Shown here: in pieces, positions 1 to 7,656 of the stretch | Numbering within the stretch: position 1 is the stretch's first letter | Layout of the letters: each line of letters starts with the position of its first letter | NCBI GenBank assembly: GCA_016184305.1 | Contig: JACPCX010000096.1 | Location: 1 to 38,383 of the forward strand | From: Candidatus Rokuibacteriota bacterium | GTDB taxonomy: Bacteria > Methylomirabilota > Methylomirabilia > Rokubacteriales > CSP1-6 | Reading direction: 5' to 3' | DNA: 38,383 nucleotides | The notes under the pieces: model-generated | What the model was told of the DNA's origin: nothing | Databases searched by the model: none | What the model saw: the letters and a program-made list of their open reading frames with translations, nothing else | Position numbers and translations under genes: made by a program

Positions 1-1
1 G

Positions 2-1051
2 CCGCGGCTCAAGGCGCCCCTGGAGCGGCTCTACCGGGAGTTCGACTGGACGGCTCGCGCCCAGCAGGACGCCATCCGCTACGCGCTCCGCTACGCCGAT
101 CCCGGGGACCGAGAGGTCTCGGGCCTTCTTACCGCCTGTCTCGCCTACGGGCGCGTGGGTCTCTTCGGTAAGCAGGTAGGCTGGGCGCTGGCCCAGATGG
201 GTGACTCCCCGTGGCGCTTCATCCTCGGCTTCGACCCGAAGAAGGACGGCGCCCGCTTCGACGGCTTCCGCTATCGCTTCAATCGCCCGCGGGACCTGGC
301 GGCGTTCTGCCTCGCGACGCAGCGTATCCTCCTGGCTCACGGCTCGCTGGGCGCCTTCTTTGCCAAGGGCTACGCCGCGGGCGATCCCGACGTGGGCCCG
401 GCGCTCGAGCGCTTCGTGGACGGCTTTCTCGACCAGGACCTGTCGGCGGTGTTCCCGCGCAATCGGCTGTCGCGCGGCTTCCGCCACCTGTTCCCGCGCC
501 CGTCCACGGGCGGCCCGTGCAAGCGACTTCATCTCTTTCTGCGATGGATGGTGAGGCGCGAGCCCCCGGACTTCGGGCTCTGGACGGCGATCCCTCCCTC
601 GGCGCTCCTGATGCCCGTGGACACTCACGTCGAGCACATGGCGCGCGCGCTGGGACTCACGCGCCGGCGGAGCCGCAACTGGAAGATGGCCGAGGAGATC
701 ACGGCCAATCTGCGCGCGCTGGATCCGGAGGACCCCGTCAAGTACGACTTCTCTCTCTGCCACAAGCGCATGTCCGGGGACTGCCTCGACCGGCGAGACG
801 CGGTGGTCTGCGGCCCCTGCGCCCTCCAGGCGGTGTGCCGGCACTGGCCCCCTCGCGCAGTGGATTGGCGGGCCGCAGCCGCAGGCGAGGCGAGCGGATA
901 TGGAGATCCCCCGAGCGGAGCGAGGGGGCGAGCCGCAGCCGGAGGCGAGGCGAACGGACATGGAGATCCCCCGAGCGGAGCAGATTGGCGAGGCGCAGCC
1001 GCAGGCGAGGCGAGCGGATATGGGGATCCCCCGAGCGGAGCGAGGAAGTGA
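2..1051 (+). CDS. TIGR02757/DUF2400 family protein (HhH-GPD-like), 5'-truncated by window; C-terminal tail formed by tandem repeats
   Basis: Frame open from base 2 (PRLKAPLERLYREF...DREVSGLLTACLAYGRV). Family motifs KRLHLFLRWMVR, PVDTHV, DPEDPVKYDFSLC. Confidence 0.85.
   Translation, partial: PRLKAPLERLYREFDWTARAQQDAIRYALRYADPGDREVSGLLTACLAYGRVGLFGKQVGWALAQMGDSPWRFILGFDPKKDGARFDGFRYRFNRPRDLAAFCLATQRILLAHGSLGAFFAKGYAAGDPDVGPALERFVDGFLDQDLSAVFPRNRLSRGFRHLFPRPSTGGPCKRLHLFLRWMVRREPPDFGLWTAIPPSALLMPVDTHVEHMARALGLTRRRSRNWKMAEEITANLRALDPEDPVKYDFSLCHKRMSGDCLDRRDAVVCGPCALQAVCRHWPPRAVDWRAAAAGEASGYGDPPSGARGRAAAGGEANGHGDPPSGADWRGAAAGEASGYGDPPSGARK
863..1045. repeat. Three tandem ~60-bp repeat units (A-B-A pattern)
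   Basis: GCAGCCG(C/G)AGGCGAGGCGA(G/A)CGGA(T/C)ATGG(A/G)GATCCCCCGAGCGGAGC recurs with exact 60-bp period. Confidence 0.95.
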
Positions 1052-2226
1052 GCGAGCTCACGCTCGTCCTGGCCGGCGCGCTGCTGCTGGCCCTGGGGCT
1101 CGTGACCTGGCTGCTCGTCGGCACGCGCCGGGAGCTCCAGGGGCTCCAGCAGCGCGGCATGCCGGCCGAGGGCATGGCGGAGATGCTGCAGCGCCAGATC
1201 GAGGGGGTGCGCCAGGACGGGCGCTCCGGTCAGGATGGGCTCAAGCAAGAAGTGGGGGAGCTGAGCGCGCGGGTGCGGGAGGAGGTGGGCGCGCTGAGAC
1301 TCGCCGTCGCAGGAGAGCTCAAGGGGGTCACCGCGGAAGTCACCCGGCAGCTCCAGGAGGGGATGCGGCTCGTCCAGGACTCCCAGAGCAGCATGGGGGA
1401 GCGGCTCGACCATGCCGCGAAGGTCGTCGGCGAGGTGCAGGGAAGCCTCGGCAAGCTCGGCGAGGCGACCCAGCGGGTGGAGGAGGTCGGGCGGGAGATC
1501 CACGGGCTCGAGCAGGTGTTGAAATCGCCCAAGATCAGGGGCGGGCTCGGCGAGACACTGCTGGAGCAGCTCCTGGCCCAGATGCTGCCGCGCGAGCACT
1601 ACGAGCTGCAGTATGGCTTCAAGAGCGGCGACCGCGTGGACGCCGCCATCCGGATCAGCGAGCGTCTCGTCCCGGTAGACGCCAAGTTCCCTTTGGAGAA
1701 CTTCCGCCGAATGCTGGAGGAGCCGGACGAGGAGCGCCGCCGGCCGCCCAGGCGGGCCTTCGCCCGTGACGTCAAGCTCCGGGTGGACGAGATCGCCAAG
1801 AAGTACATCCTGCCCGACGAGGGGACCTTCGACTTCGCCCTCATGTACGTGCCCGCCGAGAACGTGTACTACGAGATCATCATCAAGAGCGACGACGCGG
1901 AGGACGAGCCCATCGCCGCCTACGCCCTGGCACGGCGCGTGATCCCGGTCTCCCCGAACAGTCTCTACGCCTATCTCCAGGTCATCGTGCTGGGGCTCCG
2001 GGGCCTGCGGATCGAGGCCAACGCCCGCGAGATCCAGAACGACCTGATCCGCCTCGGGGGGGACCTCGAGCGGGTGCGCGAGCACATGCAGAAGCTGGGC
2101 GGCCACCTTGGGAACGCGCAGAAGCAGTACACGGATGCCGAGCGCGATCTCGCCCGCTTCGAGGCCAAGATCGAGGCCATCGAGCGCAAGGGCGAGCAGG
2201 CCGGGCTGCCGGAGCCGGGCGTATGA
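1048..2226 (+). CDS. rmuC: DNA recombination protein RmuC
   Basis: GTG at 1048 overlaps upstream TGA. N-terminal TM helix, coiled coil, then RGGLGETLLE, VPVDAKFP, TFDFALMYVPAE, VSPNSL motifs. Confidence 0.9.
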   Translation: MSELTLVLAGALLLALGLVTWLLVGTRRELQGLQQRGMPAEGMAEMLQRQIEGVRQDGRSGQDGLKQEVGELSARVREEVGALRLAVAGELKGVTAEVTRQLQEGMRLVQDSQSSMGERLDHAAKVVGEVQGSLGKLGEATQRVEEVGREIHGLEQVLKSPKIRGGLGETLLEQLLAQMLPREHYELQYGFKSGDRVDAAIRISERLVPVDAKFPLENFRRMLEEPDEERRRPPRRAFARDVKLRVDEIAKKYILPDEGTFDFALMYVPAENVYYEIIIKSDDAEDEPIAAYALARRVIPVSPNSLYAYLQVIVLGLRGLRIEANAREIQNDLIRLGGDLERVREHMQKLGGHLGNAQKQYTDAERDLARFEAKIEAIERKGEQAGLPEPGV

Positions 2227-2488
2227 TCCTGACTGCCAGCGCTTCTACGCCCGCGTGCGCCCCGGCGGACGCGGCTGGGTCGAGGTCACGGGCCGGGCGG
2301 AGGAGGAGGGGCCGGGCTGGACCGGTCTCTTCACGTGGCTTCTCGGCTGCGTCGTGGTGTACCTGGGGTTGTTCGGCACCGGCTCGCTGCTGCTGGGGCG
2401 TCCCGTTCGCGGCGTGGTGCTCGTCGTGCTCGCCCTCGCGCTGACAGTGTGGATCGTGAGACGCGCCGAGCCCGAGCCGCTCGAATGA
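2223..2488 (+). pseudogene. Remnant of sodium:solute symporter family gene (start joined out of frame to C-terminus)
   Basis: ATGA-coupled start MILTA, then in another frame FYARVRPGGRGW...WLLGCVVVYLGLFGTGSLLLG, resembling the C-terminal end of SSS-family transporters. Confidence 0.55.
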
Positions 2489-2507
2489 GGTGTGATAGGA
2501 TAACGGC

Positions 2508-2810
2508 ATGACAGACATCCAGTTCCAGGTTTACGGGATCAATCTCCTGGTCCGGCTCCTGGCCGAAGCCCCCGCTGATGTGCGCGTGCATTGCCCGAAG
2601 GGCTCGCCGGTCCGGTACGGCGAGGTGGTGGGTCGCGGCGACGGCTTCGACGAAGGGGCCAACGCCTTCCGCGAGATGCCGCCGATACGCTCCGTCGTCG
2701 CCTTCGAGGAGAACCCCGAGGAAGTGGAGGGACACTACTTCTACATCGGGGGAGAGGAGCACCGGGTCATCCGGCTCGATGCCGTGATCCTGTCGTTCCC
2801 TCTGGAGTAA
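2508..2810 (+). CDS. Hypothetical protein (100 aa)
   Basis: Coding-like codon usage. TG-n-TAGGAT -10 box 6 nt before ATG (leaderless). No family recognised. Confidence 0.7.
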   Translation: MTDIQFQVYGINLLVRLLAEAPADVRVHCPKGSPVRYGEVVGRGDGFDEGANAFREMPPIRSVVAFEENPEEVEGHYFYIGGEEHRVIRLDAVILSFPLE

Positions 2811-2852
2811 CGGCGAGCCCTCCGGTTGTCCTCGCGTCGTGGCGCGTCTTCC

Positions 2853-4082
2853 GTGAAGGCCCTTCCTGAGATTCTCGCGCGCATCGATGGCGACGAGGTG
2901 GTGGATCTCACCCGCGCTCTCGTCCGCATCCCCAGCGTCTACCGCCCCGACGATCCCGACGCCAACGAGCAAGAGGTCGCGGCGTACGTGGAGGCGTGGC
3001 TCCGGCGCGAAGGGTTCGCCGTCGAGGTGCAGCCGGTCGCCCCCGGGCGTCCCAACGTCATCGGCTCCCTCGGCGAGAAGGGCCCCGGACGGAAGAGCCT
3101 CCTCCTGGAAGGCCACACGGACGTGGTCACGGAAGGCGATCCGCGCGAGTGGTCCTCGCCGCCCTTCGACGCAGCGCTCCGCGATGGGCGCATCTACGGG
3201 CGCGGCGCGGCAGACATGAAGGGCGGGCTGGCAGCGGCAATGGTGGCCGCGGCGGCCTTCAGACGGGCCTGCGTGGAGCCCGGGGGCAAGCTCGTGGTGG
3301 GCGCCCTCGTGGACGAGGAGGCCCGGATGCTGGGCGTCCGCCACCTCGTCACGACGGCCGTGGGGCGCGAGCTGGACGCGGCGATCATCTGCGAGCCCGA
3401 GGAGAACGAGCTCTGCCTCGTGCAGCGCGGGGTCGTGTGGGCGCGCTTCCGGGTGCGGGGGCACATGGCCCACGGCGCCATGCCCGAGGCGGGGATCAAC
3501 CCCATCGCGGCGCTGGGCGCCATTCTCCGCGAGACGCCGGACCTGGAGAAGCGGCTCAGGAAGCGCTGCGAGCGGAGCCGCTACCTGCGCCCGCCCACGG
3601 TGACGCCGACCATCATCCAGGCTCCTCCCAAGGGGGCGGGTGTCCCGCAGTCCAATGTGATCCCGGCCGTGGGTGAGATGACGCTCGACGTTCGCGTGAC
3701 CCCCGGCATCGGCGCATCCGAGCTGCACGCGGAGCTGGACGGCCTGTGTCGCGTCGCGGAGATCCGGCATCGCGGCGTGAAGGTCGAGTGGGAGGCCGTC
3801 AATCCGTTCCGGCTGGCCACCAAGGTGAACCGTGACGAGCCCATCGTCCAGGCCATGACCCATGGGGTGCGCAAGGCCACGGGCCGAGCGCCCCGCTGGG
3901 GTGGGGTCCCGGGGTCCACCGACGGGACCATCCTGCGCATGGAGCTGGGCCTTCCGATCGTCACCTGCGGGCCCGGAAACCGGCTCATTCCCCACCAGGT
4001 GAATGAGTATGTCGAAGTAGGAGCGCTGCTCGACGCGGCAAGGATTTACGCCGCGTCTGCTCTGAAATACCTCGAGGCCTAG
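2853..4082 (+). CDS. M20 family metallohydrolase (ArgE/DapE-like)
   Basis: GHTDVV, IYGRGAADMKGG, VDEE, CEP, AHG and C-terminal HQVNEYV motifs. GTG start at 2853 inferred. Confidence 0.9.
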   Translation: MKALPEILARIDGDEVVDLTRALVRIPSVYRPDDPDANEQEVAAYVEAWLRREGFAVEVQPVAPGRPNVIGSLGEKGPGRKSLLLEGHTDVVTEGDPREWSSPPFDAALRDGRIYGRGAADMKGGLAAAMVAAAAFRRACVEPGGKLVVGALVDEEARMLGVRHLVTTAVGRELDAAIICEPEENELCLVQRGVVWARFRVRGHMAHGAMPEAGINPIAALGAILRETPDLEKRLRKRCERSRYLRPPTVTPTIIQAPPKGAGVPQSNVIPAVGEMTLDVRVTPGIGASELHAELDGLCRVAEIRHRGVKVEWEAVNPFRLATKVNRDEPIVQAMTHGVRKATGRAPRWGGVPGSTDGTILRMELGLPIVTCGPGNRLIPHQVNEYVEVGALLDAARIYAASALKYLEA

Positions 4083-4292
4083 CAGGCTGCTGAAAAAGGC
4101 CCATCTGCTTCGTTGGCACCCTCGGCCGTACGCTCAACGTGGCTCGCTCACGCTCGCCCGGATCTCCGGATCCGCTCACCTCGCCTCCGGCTCGGCTCGC
4201 CACGCGGAGTACGCCTCGCGTGCGGCCGTCGGGCGCCGCCTCGCATCTGGACCTTTTTGAGCAGCCTGCAGGGTTTTCCCGCATCCTGCTCG
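4079..4292. mobile_element. MITE/REP-like palindromic element, copy 1
   Basis: Starts CTAGCAGGCTGCTGAAAAAGG. Inner inverted end CCTTTTTGAGCAGCCTGC (to 4269), degenerate outer end TTTTCCCGCATCCTGCTCG. Near-identical to 6062-6276. Confidence 0.8.
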
Positions 4293-4344
4293 TGGCGCCC
4301 GCGGGCGTGATCGTCATGGGGCTCAGGCGAATCCTGGCGTCGCG

Positions 4345-5598
4345 ATGAGCGAGAGCGGCGAGCGGCCGAGGCTCAGGGCACTCGAGGCCTTCCCGGTTGA
4401 GCAGGAGGGCCGCCGCGCGGTGGCCCTCCGCGACCCGGCGGGATTCACGGATCACGTGGCGGTCCTGCCGATCCCCCTCCTGGATCTGGTGTCGCTCTTC
4501 GACGGCGAGCACTCCATCGCCGAGATGCAGGAGATCTTCCGGGAGCGCCACGGCCAGGCGCCCACGGCCGAGCAGATCCGCGCCATCGTGAACCAGATGG
4601 ATGACGCGGGCTTTCTCGACAGCCCGCGCTTCGCCGAGCGGCAGCGGCGGATCGGCCAGGCCTTCCACGAGTGCCCCGTGCGCCCGGCGGCCCACGCGGG
4701 GACCGCCTACGCGGGCGAGGCGCAGGGCCTGCGCGCCCAGCTCGACTCCTTTTTCCTCCACAGGGAGGGACCGGGTGGCCGCCGACCGGGGCTCCTGGCG
4801 CCGGACGGGGCGCCGGCAGCGGCGCAGCTCAGCGGGCTCATCGCGCCCCACATCGACTTTCACCGGGGCGGACCCACGTATGCGTGGGCCTACCGCGAGC
4901 TCGCGGAGCGCTCGGACGCCGACCTTTTCATCATCCTCGGCACCTGCCACGTGGGCATGCCGGATCCATTCGCTGCCACCCTCAAGCCCTACGAGACACC
5001 GCTGGGGCAGGCGCGGGCGGACCGCGACTTCCTCGAGGCGCTCGGCCGGCGCTACGGCCACGACCTGCTGGCCTCAGAGGGCGCACATCGCATCGAGCAC
5101 TCCGTGGAGTTCCAGGTCGTGATGCTGCAGTACCTCTTCGGTGACCGGCGGCCGTTCACGATCGTGCCGCTCCTCGCGTCCTTCCTGCACGAGGCGGTGT
5201 GGCGGCGGAGCGAGCCGGAAGCCGACCCGCGCGTCCCGCGCTTCATCGAGGCGCTGGGGGAGACGATGGCCGCGTCGGCGCGCAGGGTTTGCCTCGTGGC
5301 GGGCGTGGATCTGGCCCACGTGGGGCCGCGCTTCGGCGACGTCGCGCCCAACACGGAGGCGCTGTTGCAGGACGTGGAGCGGCAGGATCGCGTCATGCTC
5401 CGGGCGGTGACGGCCGGCGATCCGCTCGCCTTCTTCGGCGCGGTCTCGGTCGACGGGGACGCGCGGCGGATCTGCGGGCTGTCCCCCATCTACACCTTCC
5501 TCCGCGCGCTCCCGGCAGTCGAGGGGCGCCTCCTCCGCTACACTCAGTGGCCCGACCCCGAGGGGGCCGTCACCTTCTGCGCCGCGGCATTCCCATGA
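4345..5598 (+). CDS. AmmeMemoRadiSam system protein B (MEMO1 family) with N-terminal PqqD/RRE-like extension
   Basis: RPAAHAGTAY, IAPHIDF, ILGTCH, ETPLG, EHSVEFQ, DLAHVG, ICG motifs. Confidence 0.88.
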   Translation: MSESGERPRLRALEAFPVEQEGRRAVALRDPAGFTDHVAVLPIPLLDLVSLFDGEHSIAEMQEIFRERHGQAPTAEQIRAIVNQMDDAGFLDSPRFAERQRRIGQAFHECPVRPAAHAGTAYAGEAQGLRAQLDSFFLHREGPGGRRPGLLAPDGAPAAAQLSGLIAPHIDFHRGGPTYAWAYRELAERSDADLFIILGTCHVGMPDPFAATLKPYETPLGQARADRDFLEALGRRYGHDLLASEGAHRIEHSVEFQVVMLQYLFGDRRPFTIVPLLASFLHEAVWRRSEPEADPRVPRFIEALGETMAASARRVCLVAGVDLAHVGPRFGDVAPNTEALLQDVERQDRVMLRAVTAGDPLAFFGAVSVDGDARRICGLSPIYTFLRALPAVEGRLLRYTQWPDPEGAVTFCAAAFP

Positions 5599-6065
5599 TG
5601 GCAGCCTTCGATCCCTCCAGCTGGACGGTGCCGCGGCTCAGGATCGATCGCGAGGGGACGTGGTACCACGAGGACCAGGAGGTGACCCACGAAGGGATCG
5701 TCGCCAGCCTCCGGGAGGGCCTGCGGGTGGATGCCGGCGGACACTATCTCCAGGTGGGCCCCACGCGGGTGCCCGTGGCGGTGGAGGACGCGCCCTTCGT
5801 GGTGGTGCGCGTGGAGCCCGAGGCCGGCGGCGTCGTCGCCACGCTCGGCGATCTCAGCCGGGAGCCGCTGGATGTCGAGACGCTCCGCCTCGGCGAGAGC
5901 GCGGTGCCGTACTGCCGCGTCAAGGGCGGGCGCTTCGCGGCGCGCCTGAGCCGCGCCGCGACCTATCAGCTGCTCCGGATGATGGAGCCCGACGAGGCCA
6001 CGGGGCAGGCGACCCTCGTGCTCGGGGGCCGCCGGCTGGTCATCCCGCGCGCCCGCGCCCGCTAG
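5595..6065 (+). CDS. DUF1285-like protein
   Basis: ATGA overlap with upstream gene. LRIDREGTWYH, VEDAPFVV, PYCRVKGGRFAARLSRA motifs. Confidence 0.75.
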   Translation: MMAAFDPSSWTVPRLRIDREGTWYHEDQEVTHEGIVASLREGLRVDAGGHYLQVGPTRVPVAVEDAPFVVVRVEPEAGGVVATLGDLSREPLDVETLRLGESAVPYCRVKGGRFAARLSRAATYQLLRMMEPDEATGQATLVLGGRRLVIPRARAR

Positions 6066-6276
6066 CAGGCCGCTGAAAAAGGCCCATCTGCGGAGGTACG
6101 GCGCCCTCAGCCGCACGCTCAACGTGGCTCGCTCACGCTCGCCCGGATCTCCGGATCCCCTCACCTCGCCTCCGGCTCGGCTCGCCAAGCGGAGTACGCC
6201 TCGCGTGCGGCCGTCGGGCGCCGCCTCGCATCTGGACCTTTTTGAGCAGCCTGCGCGTTTTTCAGCAGCCTGCTAG
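6062..6276. mobile_element. MITE/REP-like palindromic element, copy 2 (between convergent genes)
   Basis: CTAGCAGGCCGCTGAAAAA ... TTTTTCAGCAGCCTGCTAG terminal inverted repeat. The CTAG at each end contains the stop codon of the flanking gene. Confidence 0.85.
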
Positions 6277-6854
6277 GAGGCCTGCTCGCGGTGCTCCTTG
6301 TAGGTGGACATGGCGCGGAGCCCCGCCTCGTCGCCCTGCTTGAGCAGGCTGTGCAAGGGCCCATTCTCCCGCCACGACCGGCAGGTGTTGATGAACCAGC
6401 GGTCGCCGCCGCCACCCATCACCGCCTCGGTGTTGCGGTCCCGGAAGGCGACGCCCGCCGCCTGGCGGATCACGGGGCCCATGGCCTGGATGAGGGCGGT
6501 CAGGTGGGAGCAGCCCTGCTGGCGCCCGAGTCGCTCGTTGACCGCACGCGTGAAACCCTGGGCGACGGAGACGCCGACGAGCTGCTGGAGCGGCGGCAGC
6601 GCTTCGGGGCATATCGTGTACGGGTGGGTTTCCATGGCGGCATCCGCGGCCGTGATCATCAGCTCCGGGCAGCGGATGCGCAGCGCGACGCGCATGTCGT
6701 GCACCACCCGCGGTCCGGCGACGCCGAACCACTTGGGCCCGCCCCTCGGGCGCTCGTCCAGCAGGGAGCCAGTGACGAGGATTTCGTCGTCGCCAGACTC
6801 GACGGCCTCCATCCGGATGGTGCGCACCTGGAGCGGGAGCTTCTTGTCACTCAC
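6273..6854 (-). CDS. DUF2889 domain protein
   Basis: GTG start overlapping suhB stop. VHDMRV, PYTICP, GCSHLTAL, FINTCRSW motifs. Confidence 0.8.
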   Translation of the reverse strand: MSDKKLPLQVRTIRMEAVESGDDEILVTGSLLDERPRGGPKWFGVAGPRVVHDMRVALRIRCPELMITAADAAMETHPYTICPEALPPLQQLVGVSVAQGFTRAVNERLGRQQGCSHLTALIQAMGPVIRQAAGVAFRDRNTEAVMGGGGDRWFINTCRSWRENGPLHSLLKQGDEAGLRAMSTYKEHREQAS

Positions 6855-7591
6855 TGGGCTCTGACCTCCTTGAGGGTTGTGATCATCTCGTCGTGGATGG
6901 CCCCGTTGGAGGCGACCACGGCCGGGGCGGCGCGGTCGACCGGGCCGCCCTCGAGATTGCTGATTCGTCCGCCCGCTTCCTCCACCAGGAGCCCGCCGGC
7001 CGCCACGTCCCACGGGCCCAGGACGAGCTCCCAGAAGCCGTCGAGCCGCCCGGCCGCCACCGAGGCGAGCGTGATGGCCGCCGTGCCGAGCTGTCTCAGG
7101 ATGCGGCTCCGGCGGGTGAAGGCCGCGTGCTCGGGCAGGTTATTGTCTGGCGCGACGCTCACGGTGTAGGGAAAGCCGGTGGCGAGCAGGCTGTCCGCCA
7201 GGCTGGAGGTCGCTGAGACGCGGAGCGGCACGCCGTTGACGGTGGCGCCGCCGCCCACCACCGTCCGGCCCTCGATCTCGAGGGCGACCGAGACGGCGAA
7301 GAGCCGCAGGCCGTGGACGAAGTTCGTCGTGCCGTCGAGCGGGTCGATGACCCAGCGGTGGGTGCCCGACCGCTCCACGGCGCCCCCTTCCTCGGCCAGG
7401 ATCGAGTGGTCGGGGAAATGGCGGTGGATGGTTTCGACGACGAGGGCTTCCGCGCCGCGGTCGATCTCCGTGACGAGGTTGATGGAGCTCGACTTGGTGG
7501 AGACGCTGCGCGCGGCGCCGCGGTGCTGGAGGAGAAAGGCCCCCGCGCGCGTGGCCGCCTCGACGGCGACGTCCAGATACGATGCGGTCAT
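6851..7591 (-). CDS. suhB: Inositol monophosphatase family protein with apparent in-frame internal deletion
   Basis: LVTEID, AEEG, WVIDPLDGTTNFVHG, ATGFPY, PWDVAAG. The usual GVVYDP...ELF segment is absent (VVG joined to GGATVNG). Confidence 0.85.
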   Translation of the reverse strand: MTASYLDVAVEAATRAGAFLLQHRGAARSVSTKSSSINLVTEIDRGAEALVVETIHRHFPDHSILAEEGGAVERSGTHRWVIDPLDGTTNFVHGLRLFAVSVALEIEGRTVVGGGATVNGVPLRVSATSSLADSLLATGFPYTVSVAPDNNLPEHAAFTRRSRILRQLGTAAITLASVAAGRLDGFWELVLGPWDVAAGGLLVEEAGGRISNLEGGPVDRAAPAVVASNGAIHDEMITTLKEVRAQ

Positions 7592-7656
7592 ACGGCGGCG
7601 AGGTTAACACGGCCCCGCCTTGACAACCACCGCACGCGGCCTCCAGACTTGCGCGC

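Noticed and set aside
863..1045. Possible CRISPR array
   Set aside because: Units are contiguous 60-bp repeats without unique spacers, lie inside a CDS, and no cas genes are present.
211..1047. N-terminal 279 aa of the 671-aa ORF 211..2226
   Set aside because: Shadow frame of the TIGR02757 gene; RmuC similarity begins at GTG 1048.
4113..4348. Small ORFs inside the MITE copies (also 6161..6415)
   Set aside because: Fortuitous frames in palindromic repeat DNA with no RBS or coding bias.
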